Of a DNA stretch of 64,000 nucleotides, positions 36,787 to 54,293 are shown piece after piece (positions within the stretch are counted from its first letter, which is position 1; every line of letters starts with the position of its first letter). The translations under genes were made by a program, and so were the position numbers. The DNA lies in NCBI RefSeq assembly GCF_009914755.1, contig NC_060930.1, one strand, 5' to 3'. The notes beneath the pieces were generated by a model that was not told where the DNA came from, made no database searches, and was given only the letters and a program-made list of their open reading frames with translations. Source of the stretch: the human T2T-CHM13v2.0 reference genome, Homo sapiens.

Positions 36787-36935
36787 CTTTTGCTTTTTGA
36801 GGCAGGGTCTTGTTTTATTGCCCAGGTTGGAGTACAATGGAGTGACCACAACTCAAATTCCTGGGCTCAAGGGATCCTCCTGTCTCATCCTTCCAAGTAG
36901 TTGATACAACAGATGCATGCCACAATGCCTGGCTT
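36787..36935 (-). mobile_element. Diverged Alu right-arm fragment
   Basis: ttttgaggcagggtcttg...cctgggctcaagggatcctcc. Confidence 0.8.
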
Positions 36936-37828
36936 AATTTCCCATTTTTTGATCAACTATTATTTTATTCTCTGAAGTTACCTATTTGAGGAAAAGGACA
37001 ATAAATTTTGAATAATGTTCTCCAATCAATAAGGCATTTATAAATTGGCCTAATTCCATTGAAAGTTTTTAATTAATTAAAAATGGTTGTGAAACAAAAC
37101 ACTATTCATCAAATCTTATTTTAAGTAATTCCAGTGTCAATCCACATTACTTAGTAAATGAAAATAAAACTACATAAATGAAAATCTTCATATATTTTTA
37201 CTCTTTCATGTGTATTTAGTATTGAGAAAATTACTTATCTTAAGTGGTTTGTGCATATCACCAGAGATGGCAGAGGAAAAGGAACCCAAATGTAAAATAG
37301 CATCACTAAATGAATTGGCTAGTGCAATAATATTAAGTAAATGCACTTCTTCTATTCTGTCTCTATTAATAACACTGAGCACTGTAAACAGTGGGTTCTG
37401 CTATTATGATCAGAGTTCTTCTTTGTCATACAACTGAGTCCTTGGTCATATGAAAACTCAAACAAAAGAAATAAGCCCTTTATTTTTCTAACCAAAAAAG
37501 AATATTTGAGATGCACAAATACACTGATTTTACGTCTCCTTTATGAATTCCTTAGATTATAATCTTACCTTTTAAAAAATTAGGATAGTTTTATATTTTC
37601 TGAAAAGCTGCAAAGAGTATTGCAAGTTTCCTGTGTACCCTTTACCCAGTTTCCATTTATGTTACTCTTACATAATTATGGCACATTTGTCAAAACCAAG
37701 AAATTCACTTGAGACAATACTATTGATTAAAATACAGGCTCAATTTTGATTTTACCAGTTTGTCCACATATATCCTTTCTCTGTTCTGGGACCCAACCCA
37801 GGACCCCGTGTTGAACTTTGAAGCTTAC

Positions 37829-37956
37829 CTTTTGATCTGTTTCTTCATCTTCATCTTGGTAATCATCACAGAATGGGCTGGCGTTGGCCGCAAAGGTGGG
37901 TCCCTGAGAGTAGTACTGAGAACTGCGGTAGCCATCATGCCGCAACTTATCGCATT
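37829..37956 (-). CDS. NHSL1: NHSL1 internal exon, 128 nt (ECDKLRHDGYRSSQYYSQGPTFAANASPFCDDYQDEDEETDQK)
   Basis: Acceptor ccctctgcag|AA, donor AAG|gtaagc, phase 1-0, in frame with both neighbours. Confidence 0.95.
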
Positions 37957-39302
37957 CTGCAGAGGGGCACGCAGGGAGGGGAAGGAGGCCATTAAAAAGC
38001 TGTACTCCTCTTTGCTTACTTTACGTTTACTCCTCTTTTTTACTTTTTAAAGTTATATTTTTCTAGGCATTAATAGGATTTTAAAATAATGATAAAAACA
38101 GCTAAGAATTATTAAAGTACCTACTACACACTACATACCATATATCAATTAAATATTAATTAATATTAATACTTGATAAGATTGTATTCAGAGATCACAA
38201 CCATCCTGTGAGGTAGACACCATCATTAATTCTACTTTACTCACAGGACATTGAAGTTTAGGGTAATTATGTTATTTGCTCAATAATGTTATGCAAGTGA
38301 GCAGTGGACTCGGAATATTAATCCAGGGCCTTAGTTACCAGATTATGTGATGATATTATTCCACATAAAAAAAAAAAAGTGATGCTAATGCTATGCTTGT
38401 TTCCTAGACTCATTAGCTGGAAGTGACACATGAGATCATGGATTATAATGCTCTCATTTTATATTAATTTTCTCAATTTAATTTTGATGTCAAACAGCCT
38501 GTAAATGCTGTGTGGAATTTAATAGGAAGGCAGGTGCCAGCCTGAGACATCTGCCAGTCCACAGAGGAATGCGTGGCACCACTATGGTGCCATGGATCTC
38601 GGGGTACTGGGGCCACTGGCTGTGTGGAAAGGAGGATCCCCTTCTAGGGGAAAGCACTGTGCTGGCGGTTCTCATGGGTGGGGGCCGGTGCTGTAAGAAA
38701 ACTTCCAATGGCTCTTTAAAGCACCAAGATGCACAAAGGGGCATTTGCCTCAAAAAAGGATTTGCCACAGGGTTCCTTTAACTATCCAGCTTTCTAAAGG
38801 AGCACAAAACGTGTGTGGTTTTGGAAAAGTTTTCTCTTTGCATAGCTTTATAAAAACCATGCACCTACAGGCACAGAACTAAACTAGGGCATCTTCAGAG
38901 TTCCTTTCTGACATCAGGATCCATGATTCTTCCTCAAAGAGGAGACGGCAGTCACTTCAGTGGAGGGCTAAAAATATTAGACCAATTTTAAATAAGCCAG
39001 GGGATAAAAAAAAAAGTCCTGATTCTCCTTTGCTACCTCACAGAGGGAGTGGAAGGACAACGTTTACAATTCAGAACTGCAAATCAGACAAAAATGAGGA
39101 TCTGTTAGAATGGCAAACTAATGAAAAAATGCATATGTTAATCATAAAATAGCTAACTAATACTACTTCAGTTACTTATAGGTCAAAAATGTTGTGGTCT
39201 GGGCTGGCAACTACTTGTAATATTGATTAAAATGGATATTTAAAGAAAATTTCTGAAAATTCCAGAACACAACATATTTTTAATGAGAATTTACTCATAT
39301 TA

Positions 39303-39694
<392 letters not shown>

Positions 39695-39746
39695 TTATTC
39701 TCACTCTACAGAGATAATGTTATATAAAACATGATTAGTAGTTTTC

Positions 39747-40051
39747 TTCTTTTTTTTTTTGAGACAGGGTCTTACTCTGTCACGCAGGCTGGAGTGCAGT
39801 AGCATGATGATCACGGCTCACTTCAGCCTCAATCTCCTAGGCTCAAGTCATCCTGCCACCTCAGCTTCCTGAGTAGCTGGAACTATAGGTACATGCCATC
39901 ACACCTGGCATTATTTTATTTTTTTTTATTTTTTAGATACAGGGACTCACTATGTTACCTAGGCTGGTCTTAAACTCCTGGACTCAAGCGATCCTTCCAC
40001 CTTGGCCTCCCAAAGTACTGGGATTATAGCCGTGAGCCACTGAACCCGGTC
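39747..40051 (-). mobile_element. AluJ
   Basis: Antisense Alu, TSD tgattagtagttttc. Confidence 0.95.
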
Positions 40052-40090
40052 TGATTAGTAGTTTTCAAATGGTATTTTCTGCAGAGTTCA

Positions 40091-41496
<1,406 letters not shown>

Positions 41497-41812
41497 GACT
41501 CAAGTTCAATAGTTTTACATACCAAATTTTAAGACAATGAGGGACTTAATTTATTAACTTATGCTGCTAAATTAACTTTCCTGTGGTCCTAGAAATAAAG
41601 CTATTCCTGCTATCTCTGTAAAACTAAAGTCTAAAGATCAGAGTGAAACTTGTAAAATAAACCAATATAAACTATTACCATTTGCAGCTACTTATCTATG
41701 TAATTCAGGGTTTTGAAATATTTCACAAATATAGAGAGAAGTCCAAAGCCCTTTTAAACTAAATTAATTTGTTGTTCAAAATTGTTTTATTTGTTTCATT
41801 AAATGAACCCTA

Positions 41813-42160
<348 letters not shown>

Positions 42161-42524
42161 GTTTTAAAAATTTAAATTATAAAACTTAACACTACTCAAA
42201 CATTACTTTTACAAATATATGTAAGTTATTGGATACCAAGGAAGACTGTGTTTCAAAAGGACGTTTCCCTGGGAAATAAGAAGAGACTGCTGGGCAAGAT
42301 CATTTCTAAGGATGATTATTAGTTTTATATTCTTGGCAATAATATTGAAAATAGCCAAAATGACTTGACACGTGTTAGATTTTAAAAGACCAAATATTGC
42401 AAAATCATCATCCACAAGTTAAAAGCATGAAAGACCAGCAACTATTAGTACTTCCAGTGTGTGTCACCTTTTTGAGCCCAGTTTAGAAGACAATGCATCT
42501 TTTTTTCACCATGAAATTTATGTC

Positions 42525-42525
<1 letters not shown>

Positions 42526-42559
<34 letters not shown>

Positions 42560-42797
42560 AGACTGAGTTTCGCTTTTTTTGCCTAGGCTGGAACAGAGTG
42601 CAATGGTGCAACCTCTGCCTCCCAGGTTCAAGCAATTCTCCTGCCTCAACCTTCTGAGTAGGTGGGAATACAGGCATACACCACCATGCCTGGCTAATTT
42701 TTGGTCAGGCTGGTCTCAAAGTCCTGACCTCAGGTGGTCTGCCTGCCTTGGCCTCCCAAAGTGCTGGGATTACAAGTGTGAACCACCGCGCTGGCCA
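42526..42797 (-). mobile_element. AluS with internal deletions and a long poly(T)
   Basis: Antisense Alu. Confidence 0.92.
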
Positions 42798-43557
42798 TAA
42801 AAATGTTTTAATAGCAGTATAATAAATGGTAGTAAAACAAATGAAATATGATGCTGATCTAAGATAAGACTAGACAATATAAATTCATGGCAGCTGACCA
42901 ATTTTTTTTTGCTCTTATCACATTTCTGAAATCTAGTAAACTCATAAAATTCCACTGTCATTTATTCCAACTCTAGAGGAAATTCAGAAAATTCTCCTCT
43001 TGTCAAGTTGCAACAGAGCTCAGGTTCTAAAACCATGGTTTTGTTCATTAGAATTGGAGTTTCTTGTCTGTGGGGTGAAACAAAAGTGAGAGCAAGCCAT
43101 CACGAATAAGCAAAGACTTTTTAAACACTGAACTGAGAGAGTAACTGCAAAGCAGAGCATAATTTAAAGCCAGGTTATGCCTGCGACCACAGGCTAGAAA
43201 CAAGATCCTAAATGTAAAAGAAGACCAATCGTTCACACTTATTCTTCTTGCAACAGAAATTTACAGCAAAACTGTGTTATTGTTCTCACACTACTGCTTG
43301 GATAAAGGTATCACTGTTGGTTGTGTCCTCTAGTTTCCCAACCTTAAATTTCCTCCTCCTTCCTTTCGTGTCAATCCATTTTCCATAGCACAAGGACGAG
43401 GGACAAACATTTCTTGGTAGACCAAAGTTTCAAATACAGAAGAAAAAAATAATGTCATAGCGCTAGATGGTCATCTGACTCTCACATGAATTTATTACTG
43501 CTGTGGCCTCCAAATCTCTATGCATTAAGCTATTCTTTAGTCATTCAATTTTTAATA

Positions 43558-44226
43558 TAGTAGTCCCTGACTTATACTCAGGGTATATGTTCCAAGACCC
43601 CTGGTGGATGCCTGAAACCACAGACAGTACCAAATCCTATCTATTGCTATGTTTTTTTCCTAGACATCTATACCTATGATAATGTTTGAGGTGTGACAGG
43701 AAAACTAGCAGGAGCTTCTTTTTCCTTTTTCACAATTTCTCAGATGGAAGATTCATTTTTACCATGGATCTTAGCAACGTCAGCATATGATTTTCTTTTG
43801 CTGTCCTTTTTAAGTCAAAAGCTTTCACCTTTTCACTTAAAGGAGACACTTGACAGCTTCTTTGGCATATCCAAATGGCCAGCATTACTCCTCTTGTCCT
43901 TTGGGGCCATTATTAAGTAAAATAAGGGTGACTTGAATACAAGCACTGAGATGCTGACAGGCAATCTGATAACCAAGCTGGCTACAAACTGACTGATGGA
44001 CGGGCAGTGTCTGCAGCGTGGATCCAATGGACAAAGGGAGGTTTCATGTCTTAGGCAGGATGGAGGGGGCTGTTGTGAGATTTCATCACACTGCTCAGAA
44101 TGGCAAAAACTTTAAACTTATAAATTGTTCACTTCTGGAATTTTCCATTTAAAATTTTCAGACCATGGTTGACTGCAGGTAGCTGAAACTATGGAAAGTG
44201 AAACCACAAATAAGAGAGGACTACTT
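43558..44226 (+). mobile_element. MER44 (Tigger7-derived)
   Basis: agtagtccc...gttccaagacccctggtggatgcctgaaacc ... ataagagaggactact termini. Confidence 0.85.
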
Positions 44227-44650
44227 TAAACATGCTATTATCTACATGAGGAAAATGCAAGGTGCTTTGTGATGCTGATAAAAGTACGTGGACATTTTTA
44301 TCACTGACTTCTGTAATTTGTCATGATGGATTTCTTCATATGCATAATTCCACAAAAGGAAGCATACGATGCAGTGAAAATTTTCCCAAGTTTATTATAA
44401 AGATTCTGAAATATAATCTGAAGGGGTAAAGTCCTTAAATAGATGGTTACTAAGTATGACCTGCTTAAATGAGAGGGAGATGGAGAAATAGAAGAAACAG
44501 AAATTGAATGCGAAGTGGAATAAGATGGGATTGTTTTTCTATTTCCCAAGAAAATGATATGGGAAGATGAGGGGATGCTAAAAGAAAAAAAGTAAGAAGT
44601 TTGTTGACTTCTTAGATTGCGTGAGAAAGGCAAAGAACTGACGGAAGAAG

Positions 44651-44961
44651 CAGTCATTCCTCTGTATCAGAAGGGGATTGGTTCCAGAACCCCAGAATAT
44701 CAAAATCCATGCATACTAAACTCCTGCAAATCGTAGACCCAGAAAGTCGGTTTTCTGTATAATGCAGGTTTCACACCCTGTGAATATTGTATTTTCCATT
44801 CTCATTTGGTTTCAGATGCAGAAAATACCTGAGTATTGTATTTTCCATTCGCATTTGGTTTCGGTTGCAGGACCCAGAATGTATGGAGGGCTGACTGTAT
44901 TGAAAAAATCCATATAAGTGGACCCTCCAAGTTCAAATGTGTTGTGTTCAAGGGTCAACTG
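44651..44961. mobile_element. MER8/Tigger2-like MITE with an internal duplication of about 49 bp
   Basis: ggggattggttccag...gttcaagggtcaactg|ta. Repeat units start near 44781 and 44830. Confidence 0.8.
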
Positions 44962-46684
44962 TATTTCAAACAAGCACTGCAGTGTGAAAAGCCAGAAGGA
45001 CCAGTTCGGTAGGCCAGTTGTCATTTTTCAGGTCATGGGTAGTGTTGACGTGTATGAGTATGAGCTCCTAGGAAAGTTTTGAAACATTCAGGTCAAAGCA
45101 TAATTTGTTATTTCTAGCATGGTATTCTACATATATCATATTTTAAAAACTGAATGTGGTTTATTTTTAATAGCATTAAATCTTTTGCAACCTTCCTACT
45201 GTAATTCAAGGTCATTAAGCATTGGGAGGACTCCAGTCCCAAAGTTAATTATAAAAATAGCAGTCATGATGTACTGCTTCAGTGAGAAAGTCCTATGATG
45301 ATCTAGAGTCTAAAAAATCTTTTTTCGGATGACTGATTTTTAAAGCTAATACTACTGACACTTTTTAAAACTGAAAGCCTCTTGTTATCATTACCTGATT
45401 TGTGTTTACAATAATTCTCTGAGAATTGAAGGAAAGCAGTTATTGTATCAGTCTTACAGATTCTGAAGCCCAGGTATAAAGTTTCTGGTAGATCGAAGTT
45501 TTTAAACTTCTATCTCAGTTAATAATCTACCAGATTATTAATAACAGGGTAAAAGGCCAGTTCTATCACAAAACTTCATCTTAGTCCAGAAGGACTGAGA
45601 ATACATAAGACTATAAACATTCATGTTTAGAAGAAAATGAATTCCAGCCCAATAGCTGAATGAAGTATTGTATAGCTAAATAATCTAGTTTGAGCTTTCA
45701 AATAAATACATAGGAAAAACTGACTGCACCTAAATATCATGTATTGTGAATATTAGAGAACTTATTTTCTTAATGAAAAATCAAACCAAAGTGCATTTAA
45801 AATAGAAGGGATTTATTTACCTACCCCTTCATAAATTTGTTGGGCTTGGCAATACTGGAAAAGAGAAAGAAATCATACTGATATAGTTAGGATTCTCCCT
45901 TGTCACTCATGCACGATGAATTTTCCAAAAATATGTTTAGATTTTCCATAAATTCTTCAAAGCAGTTGAACTTCAATTTATTTAAATTGTCTTCAACAAT
46001 AAACAAACTAGAACATAATTAAAAGACAATAGATGTTCAAACATTTAAGTCACTCAGTTGTGTGTAGCATATCAAAGAGGTGAAAAGCTGTTTTAAATCT
46101 CAAAGACACTGTGTATTTAATACAGATCTTTTCAATGAATATTTTCCTTTATAATTTATAGTAGTTTTAAATAAGTTTCAAATAAATAGGCCCTTTTGGT
46201 TTATTATTAGACTAATGATTTATTCTTTTCTCCCTTCCCCTCTTTTTAGAGCAAGAGCTGTTTTATGTAGCTATACAGGAATATGTATAACAGCATAAAA
46301 GCATGCTTTTATATTTCAAGTATTAAACTCAAATTTGCCTCCTAATAAATGCAAATTTGAGCCCATAAGACCACTTCTTCACCAATTATCACTTCAGTGA
46401 CACTTAGCATTCAAAGTAACATAAAACATAAAAAAGAGAAAATACATGTCTTTAACGAGTAAGCCCAAGACTTTCTAAAAGTTCTAAAAGTAAATATTTT
46501 ATCTCTTAATGGAATCTATAAAGACAAAACATTCCAGGTAATAGAGTACAATGTGCTTAGCTGCAGGTGAAGCAAGAAAGAGAGGGCCAATATGAAAGTA
46601 TGCCAACTATCACCCTGGTGTCAGGGAAAAGGGAAATTTCCTGAAGGGACTAAGTCTTACTTTGCCTTAAAAAAAGAAGATGAA

Positions 46685-46998
<314 letters not shown>

Positions 46999-47409
46999 CT
47001 AGACTTATACCACCAGAAAGTTGGAAAAGAGAAAGTCAAGCTGGTGACAATTATGTTTTCTTTCCAACCTCCAGGTTCAGTGATTCTCCTGACCTGTGCT
47101 TTGGCCAGCCATTTTTTTCTAAACCTCTGAATACTCTTCTTCCAGACAGTCAAGGCAGAGCTAGCTTGGAGAAAACACAGAATGAATACACAGAGGCATC
47201 AACACCAGTTTCTCAAGTCACCTTTGCCACCAACGAGAGAGAAGAGCAGCAGCAGTCAAGAGCACCAACTCTGAAACTGGGTAGCTGTGTCTTGGAATCC
47301 TAACTTGTAGCTTGTAAAGGGTAGTGGGACTAAAGGGTTACATTCCCGCCTTCAAGGTGCTTACAGTTTAGCTGCCTGATTAAACAAATTCACAGGCCAA
47401 TGTACAGAG

Positions 47410-47591
47410 CAGTGGCATCCCAAATTAAGGTACATCAGAATCCCCTGGAGGGCTTGTTATAAAAATACTGCTGAGTCCACTCCCATATCTGATTCAGTAG
47501 GTCTGGGATGGAGCCTGACAACTTGGATTCCTAGCAAGTCCTCAATCAATGCTGATGCAGCTGTCCTGTGAGCCACACCGTGAGAAAACTG
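47410..47591. mobile_element. MER5A
   Basis: catcagaatcccctggagggcttgtta...tctgattcagtaggtctggg. Confidence 0.85.
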
Positions 47592-50500
47592 TTTCAGAGT
47601 AAGGCAAATACCTAAAGAGAAGTAGAAATAAAATTAAAGGGATCAACATGATATCCATTTAGGGTGGAGGTAAAAGTGAAAGAGGAGAAGTCTTCTCTAC
47701 TCAGAGGAGGTGTTCGGTGGGGATCCCAAAGAGGGCAATAGAATTTTGCTTCCTACATATTCCACATGACAAATGATAAAATGCCCAAAGGAAAAGAGGG
47801 TTGGTCTGTTCTTTTTATTATGTCACAAATGATCCACACTCGCCAAGCGAATAACTTAAAAGGGAACATAGGATAAAGAATTTAGCTGATATGGTACAGA
47901 TCAATGGTGGGGGAATGCTATATCTGGTATCTACTTTTAGTCCCTAAAGAATGCCATTTTGTTTCAGGAAAAGCTTTAGCTTTGCTACTGTAGAAATGTG
48001 TCTTACATGTCAAGATTTCCTTAAAATGCTTGGAGGGTTCTTACATTTATTTTAACATTCCACTCCAGCTGCAACTGCAGGGAAAACTTCCTGATCAGGC
48101 CTCCACCATCTCTCACCTGATGGTGACCTCCACCTGGTCTCCTACATTGACACCCCTGTCTCCTTTACTGTGAACTTTCAACACACAATCAGATGGATCC
48201 ATTTCAAACTAATGAGTCAGATTATGTCACTTCTAAGTTCAAATCTCTCCACGCCCTGAATGTAAAAGCCAAAATCCTCCTAATGGTTTCTAAGCCCTAC
48301 ATGATATGGCTCAATGTGGGTGGCTGGCTGGTGCTCGGTGAGTTCCTTAAATGAATGAATGATCTGTATTTGTTGGACAGTAGCGTGCTTGAAGGGGTAC
48401 TGTAACTATATGACAAAGGTGATGGCCCCATTGGTCACCCAGGTAGATTTTATCCTCAGCCACATTTTCCACCTTCATTAACCCAAGGCATATGACCTGA
48501 CCTCCCATTAAATGGGCCTCTTCTCCCATCCACAACTCACATATTTGAGTAATAAGAGGATGAGAGGAGAGTAGGTGGAACAGAATGAATAAGGAAGATG
48601 ATGTCTGGTGCACCATCATGGTTATCTATCCAAGGAAATTTTGTCTCAGTAGAATTTCAGGGAAACTGACCAATCTAGGATTAAAAAGCTAACTGCATCA
48701 TGGGCAACTCCCCAAAGCTTTCTAGTCAGACAGAACAGATGCCACAGGAAAGCTGCATTTTCAGAAAAAGCTTGCAGGCAAGTGTAGGCGGGGAGTAAGA
48801 TGTAAGAGAGGAGGTGGTGACAGAATGCTACCTTTGAAATGGACAGGTTTCTTTGCCAGGGGAGGGGGTAAAAAAAAGGAATGATAAGCAGACTGCCTAA
48901 AAATTATTTTATAATAACACAATTCCAAATGACTTCTCATTTACAATGTAAATATACAATTTACATTGTATATTTAGCAAAATAAAATGACCAGGTTGGG
49001 AAGAACCACAGAGGGAAAATACACTACTAATTGTGGTCATCGGCTCAACAGTCAAACTGGAAATGAATTTGTTAACAATGCATTAACACATTTTAGAAAG
49101 ACTGGTTTTCCCCCATGTCTTGGGACCAATATCTCTGTCACTGACATTAAACACCATAGACAATCTCATTTTATGTAGAAGGGTTAAAAATAAACGGCCA
49201 TTTTGATTAATATTCTTGCTCTGTGATTAATTCCTATTAGAGTGAAATTAAAACCTCCCAAAACAAAACAAAACAGACAAACAACAACAAAAAACCTTAA
49301 GGAGTTAAACATTAAAAGTTGAGCCACTGGATAAACTGTCTGTTAGCTTTGTTTTTCATTGCACACCATGGCAAGAATTATTATTAAAATGTCATTTGCC
49401 ATTGCAGAAAACCAGCTTTTAACATTTCTTCTTGTCACATGCCCAGATTAATTTAAGAAGCCTTGAAGAACTAAATCTGATTTAAATTAAGGTGAGAGCT
49501 TTCTGATGCCATGATTAATGTGAGTGTGCTGAGAGTCTGCAAGTCCTAGTTGAGCACCACCAGAGAGAGCAGCCAAATTGGAGGCGATCTCATTTCACTT
49601 TAGAATTAAAAAGCCGTATCATTGGCAGCAGAGGAGCATCACCAAGGTTACTCAAGATCAAATCGCCTGCAAAGATTCTAAGCCAACACGGGAGACTTCG
49701 GTTGTATCGTGAATGATAACAAACCTTACCAACAGTACCTTCAATGTATCGTTTTTATGCTGCCCTGAGTGAAATATAGAGGCCACTCAAGTTACTTACT
49801 TTATCGGGAGTTAAAATAGAATTGCTGAAACAGCAGACTGGCTACAGACACAAAAACAAAACAAAAAGCCTTTTGTTTAAACAATCCGCAGTGCTTTGTT
49901 AAGACCTGGATCATTTAAATGACTGTCTTTGCCATTCTATCTTTTCTGTGTTGCTTACCGTTAAAAAAAAAAAAAAAAAAAAGGTATGGGGGTGGGGGCA
50001 ACACGTCTCTTTAACTATCTGAAAAAGCAATGATTGTTCATTTTTCCTTTGCTCTTGCATCCAACTTCCCTCTCCCGAGTTAAGGACACCAAGGAAAGCA
50101 CTTCTTTTGGAGTTACTGTACCCAGAGTAGTACTTAGTATTATAGAAAATTCCGTGCCATCAAATTCAATAGGAGAAGTTAAATAGCCCCTTTTTGTATA
50201 TAATTCCCATTCTGTTAATCCCATATTTTTGTCTGCTCTTTTCTTTTTCTCAATAGGGCATTTAATCCGTGGTTTCACCCGGCTGGGCAACTTTCCCTCA
50301 GGACAAAAATTCCAATAGAGCCAAATGAAATACCACACATATTTTTTTTAAGCCTTTAATAATATCATTTGTCTTTGAAAAGTCAACCTAATTAAATTCA
50401 CAAGACCTGAGCGAGAGAGCACCAAATAAAGTCATCCTTTTCACCAAAGAACTAACAATATGGCGGGGGCCACATTGCAAGCAAGGCTCCCACACCATGT

Positions 50501-52510
50501 AATGAACAGCCTCGATCTCTGGCTCCGTCTCATAACACGCTTCCCCAATTCCCTCTAGGAGACAGAGGCCGCAACCTCCGACCCTCCGCTTTGCCCTGAG
50601 TTGACTGCCTCCTTCCTGCTTCTTCAGAGAACATCCTCCCATTCTCTTTCCATATCTGCAATCCTTTCCCCTCCTGCTGACTCCTTTTGTCTACGGCCCT
50701 GTTTTCATAAGCTCTAGTTTTTAAAACATGTAATAATATCAGCTGTACCGTGCCACCACCTCAAAATACTATCCCTTCCCTCTCTGTTCTGTTGGCATCA
50801 TTCACTCACCTTTATTTCTTTAAAACAATTACTTTTATTGTTTTTCTGCTTATAAAAATCCTTCTTATCTCAGGAAATCTGGCTTCTTAATCTAAAGACT
50901 TCCTTGAAACTGCCCTTTCAAAGGTCACCAATCACCACCTAACAACCGATTCAATAGCCTTTTCTTACAATGACTCTCTCCCCACCTGTGAGCGCCATGA
51001 TGACTGCCTCATCCTGGCTAAACTTTCTTCTTCCCCAGTTGTGCTCTTTTGCAGACTTCTCCCTCCCAGTGCCCTAAAGTAAAGCTTCCAAGCCTCAACC
51101 GCCCCCCTCCTCACCACTGGCCCTCTCCATCCCCAATCTCATCACTCCACATTCTCACTACTTGTTCCCCGGCTTTGACTCTGATCTCTCTCCTGTGTTT
51201 TAGGTGACTTTTCCAAACATTTTCAGGCCTTCTACAAACACAACAGTATTTGCAGTCCCAGTCACTGGACTGTGTGCTGGGGACACACAAGTGAAAAGAC
51301 AAAGCCCTGTTCCCATGGATGTTACTGTCAAGTAGGGAGATAAACATGCAAACACAATTATATAGTGTATCATAAGCAGCAGAATGGTGGAGTGTAAGCT
51401 TCCATGACAAGGTAGAAAAGGACTTCCTGGGGCTACCCAGGGGAAATCCAGGAAAGGTTGTGGGGGACTCTAGCACCCAAGGATGACTCACAAAGGGGAA
51501 ACAGGAGTTGGCCAGGTGTGAGAGGTTGTGGTTCAGAAGGGAAAAAGTATGGCTTGGGACATGCAGTAGACAGAAAGAAGAACAAGACAAGCTAGCATTC
51601 CAACTGAAGGACTTTATCATTACACGTGAAGGCACAAAGTAAAAAAAATTGGGTGGAGGAGTAGAGATGTCTGGGGAGCAAAGGTGATTCTGCAGATGAG
51701 ATGAGACAAACAGGCTTGAGTTCAGGAAGGTTTCTAGATGCTAAGAGCTTAGGTTATATTCTGTTAGTAATGGGGAGCTGGTAAAGAATTTTTAACTAGG
51801 GCAGGCTGACCAAGTTCGTTTTAAAGATAACACCCAGTGTTGAGGCTTAATAATACCACCGCTATGAACCTTGCACATAAGCTAGTCATACATACATCTT
51901 ATCTCTGGCTAGCTTTCAGCCTCTGGAGGAAAGCATTGACGACATTCATCTTTGATTGCACTATAATATCCAGCCCAGTGCTTCACTTGCAGTATGCACT
52001 TAGACAATTTTTCCGTCCATACAAACTTAAGATTACACATCCCAGTTTGTCAGGACTTAGGCTCAGCCATCGGTAATATCTTTGTGTCAGTTAACTTCAC
52101 ACATATTACCCTTAAACAGTTAAGTACTGAGAAGCCAATCAGAATTTTAGAGCTTAGAAGGGAACATAGAAATCATAAATTGTTTTTCAGAGGTGGAAGC
52201 CAAGTACGAAGACGGGACCTGACTTCCAATATCCTGCAGCTTACCACTGACAACACTGCAACCAGAATTCTGGTCTCCCATCTCATCTTCTGGAATCACT
52301 AATGACAACAAAACAAGATGTCAGTGCTACTGCGGTTTTGCGAAATATGAGACAATTATACTTCCTTCCTCTGTTCAGTTGCTTTTTCAGAATAACATAG
52401 CACTCCTCCTGCCCCCCAATTCTATGCCAATATTTGTTTCAACTAGAAAACGATTTAAAATTGTATAAATGAATATAAGTAATCGAAAGTTTCTTGCTTG
52501 AATCTTAAGT

Positions 52511-52815
<305 letters not shown>

Positions 52816-53999
52816 TTAGCCAGAGACATCTGACCTTCACCTTTTGCATATCAATTTTACTGAAGTATTCTTTGGGAAGTAACAAACTAGGCAAATTGTA
52901 AACTCAGCTGCAAGTGCTAAATCATTAGTGTATTTATTAATTTCAAATGTTTATCTTTCCTTCCCTTGCAACCTGTGCCTATTTTTTAAGTCTATTGAGT
53001 TACTAATAACCAATTATAACCCTAAAAATAAGCACCAAAAGCCATTAAGATGAAAGAATGGTTATAGATATTAATCAAACATGTCATGTGATGCTTCCTT
53101 TATTTCTCTTAGACTTATTTGAATTTTAATGAAATCAGGGGTGAGTGAGGAGACTTCAGGAGTAACCATGAAGTCACCACCTTTAGGCAACGATGAGCCA
53201 ATTTGCATTTCTAAATTAACTGGCTAAAGAAACCAAATCCATCTTTGGCCATGAGATTCCCAGGGTGAGCTTTGTCCCTGTGAACTTCCATAAAGTGGAG
53301 GGCAGCTGAAAGGGCATCAAAGGGACAGGTCTCTTCAGTGCTTGTGAGGTCTGAGATCAGAATAGGCCAGCATGCGTGAGCACCAGGAACCCTTAACTTC
53401 TCTGGGTCTTGCTTTGCTTATCTACAAAATGGAAAGGGGGACTGACCAGAGGACTGGGCAGCTCCTTTCAGCTCCAGCATTCTAGGGGTCTTTCAGAGGT
53501 TGATGGTGAGTGGCGAAAGGCATCTTGCTCATGTGGATGAAATGAACCTGAGTATTAAGCGTCTGTCACTGTCATCAGAAGGTGTTCCTTGTTCTGTTCC
53601 TTTATCCCTCCTCCCCACAGTATATCTCTGGAGCACAACAGGTAGGAAAGAAAGACCCAACTAAATCCTGAGGCCATTTGAGATTTGTAAAATTATATCT
53701 GTGTTCCATTGCACTTCAATTAAAATGCACCCCTCCCTCCACAGACACTTATAACTTCCACATTGAGGGGCAGGTACATTGAGATATTAATACTTTACAT
53801 GAATATGTTCATTTCATTCCCATGTAAACAGATATTATGGCCTTTATAGATGAGAAAATAAGATCAAAATGTTGAAGAAACAAACAAAATTAAACTCAAG
53901 TAACCTATACCTAGTATGTAACAAAGTCAGGATTGGAATTTAGATGTGACTCAAAGTACTTCACATGACACCTGGACTTCTGTTAGAAAACAGGAAGAT

Positions 54000-54293
54000 G
54001 GCTGGGTGTGGAGGCTCACGCCTGTAATGCCAGCACTTTGGGAGGCCGAGGCAGGTGGACAACTTGAGCCCAGGAGTAAGACCAGACAGGGCAACAAGGC
54101 AAGACCCTATCTCTACAAATACAAAAGCTAGCTGGGCACGGTGTTGTGTGCCTGTAGTCCCAGCTACTCAGGGTGCTGAGGTGGGAGGATGGATTGGGCC
54201 CGGGAAGTCAAGGCTGCAGTGAGCCGTGATCACATTGCTGCACTCTAGCCTGGGCAACAGAGCAAGACCCTGTCTCAAAAGAAAAAAAAAAAA
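54000..54293 (+). mobile_element. AluJ
   Basis: Alu dimer. aacaggaag occurs before the Alu and again after the purine tract. Confidence 0.93.

Noticed and set aside
49555-49575. Possible CTCF site (ccaccagagagagcag)
   Set aside because: It lacks the GGC core at the required spacing.
51111-51635. 174-aa minus-strand ORF
   Set aside because: Overlaps L2-like sequence, with no recognisable protein and no convincing start or splice context.
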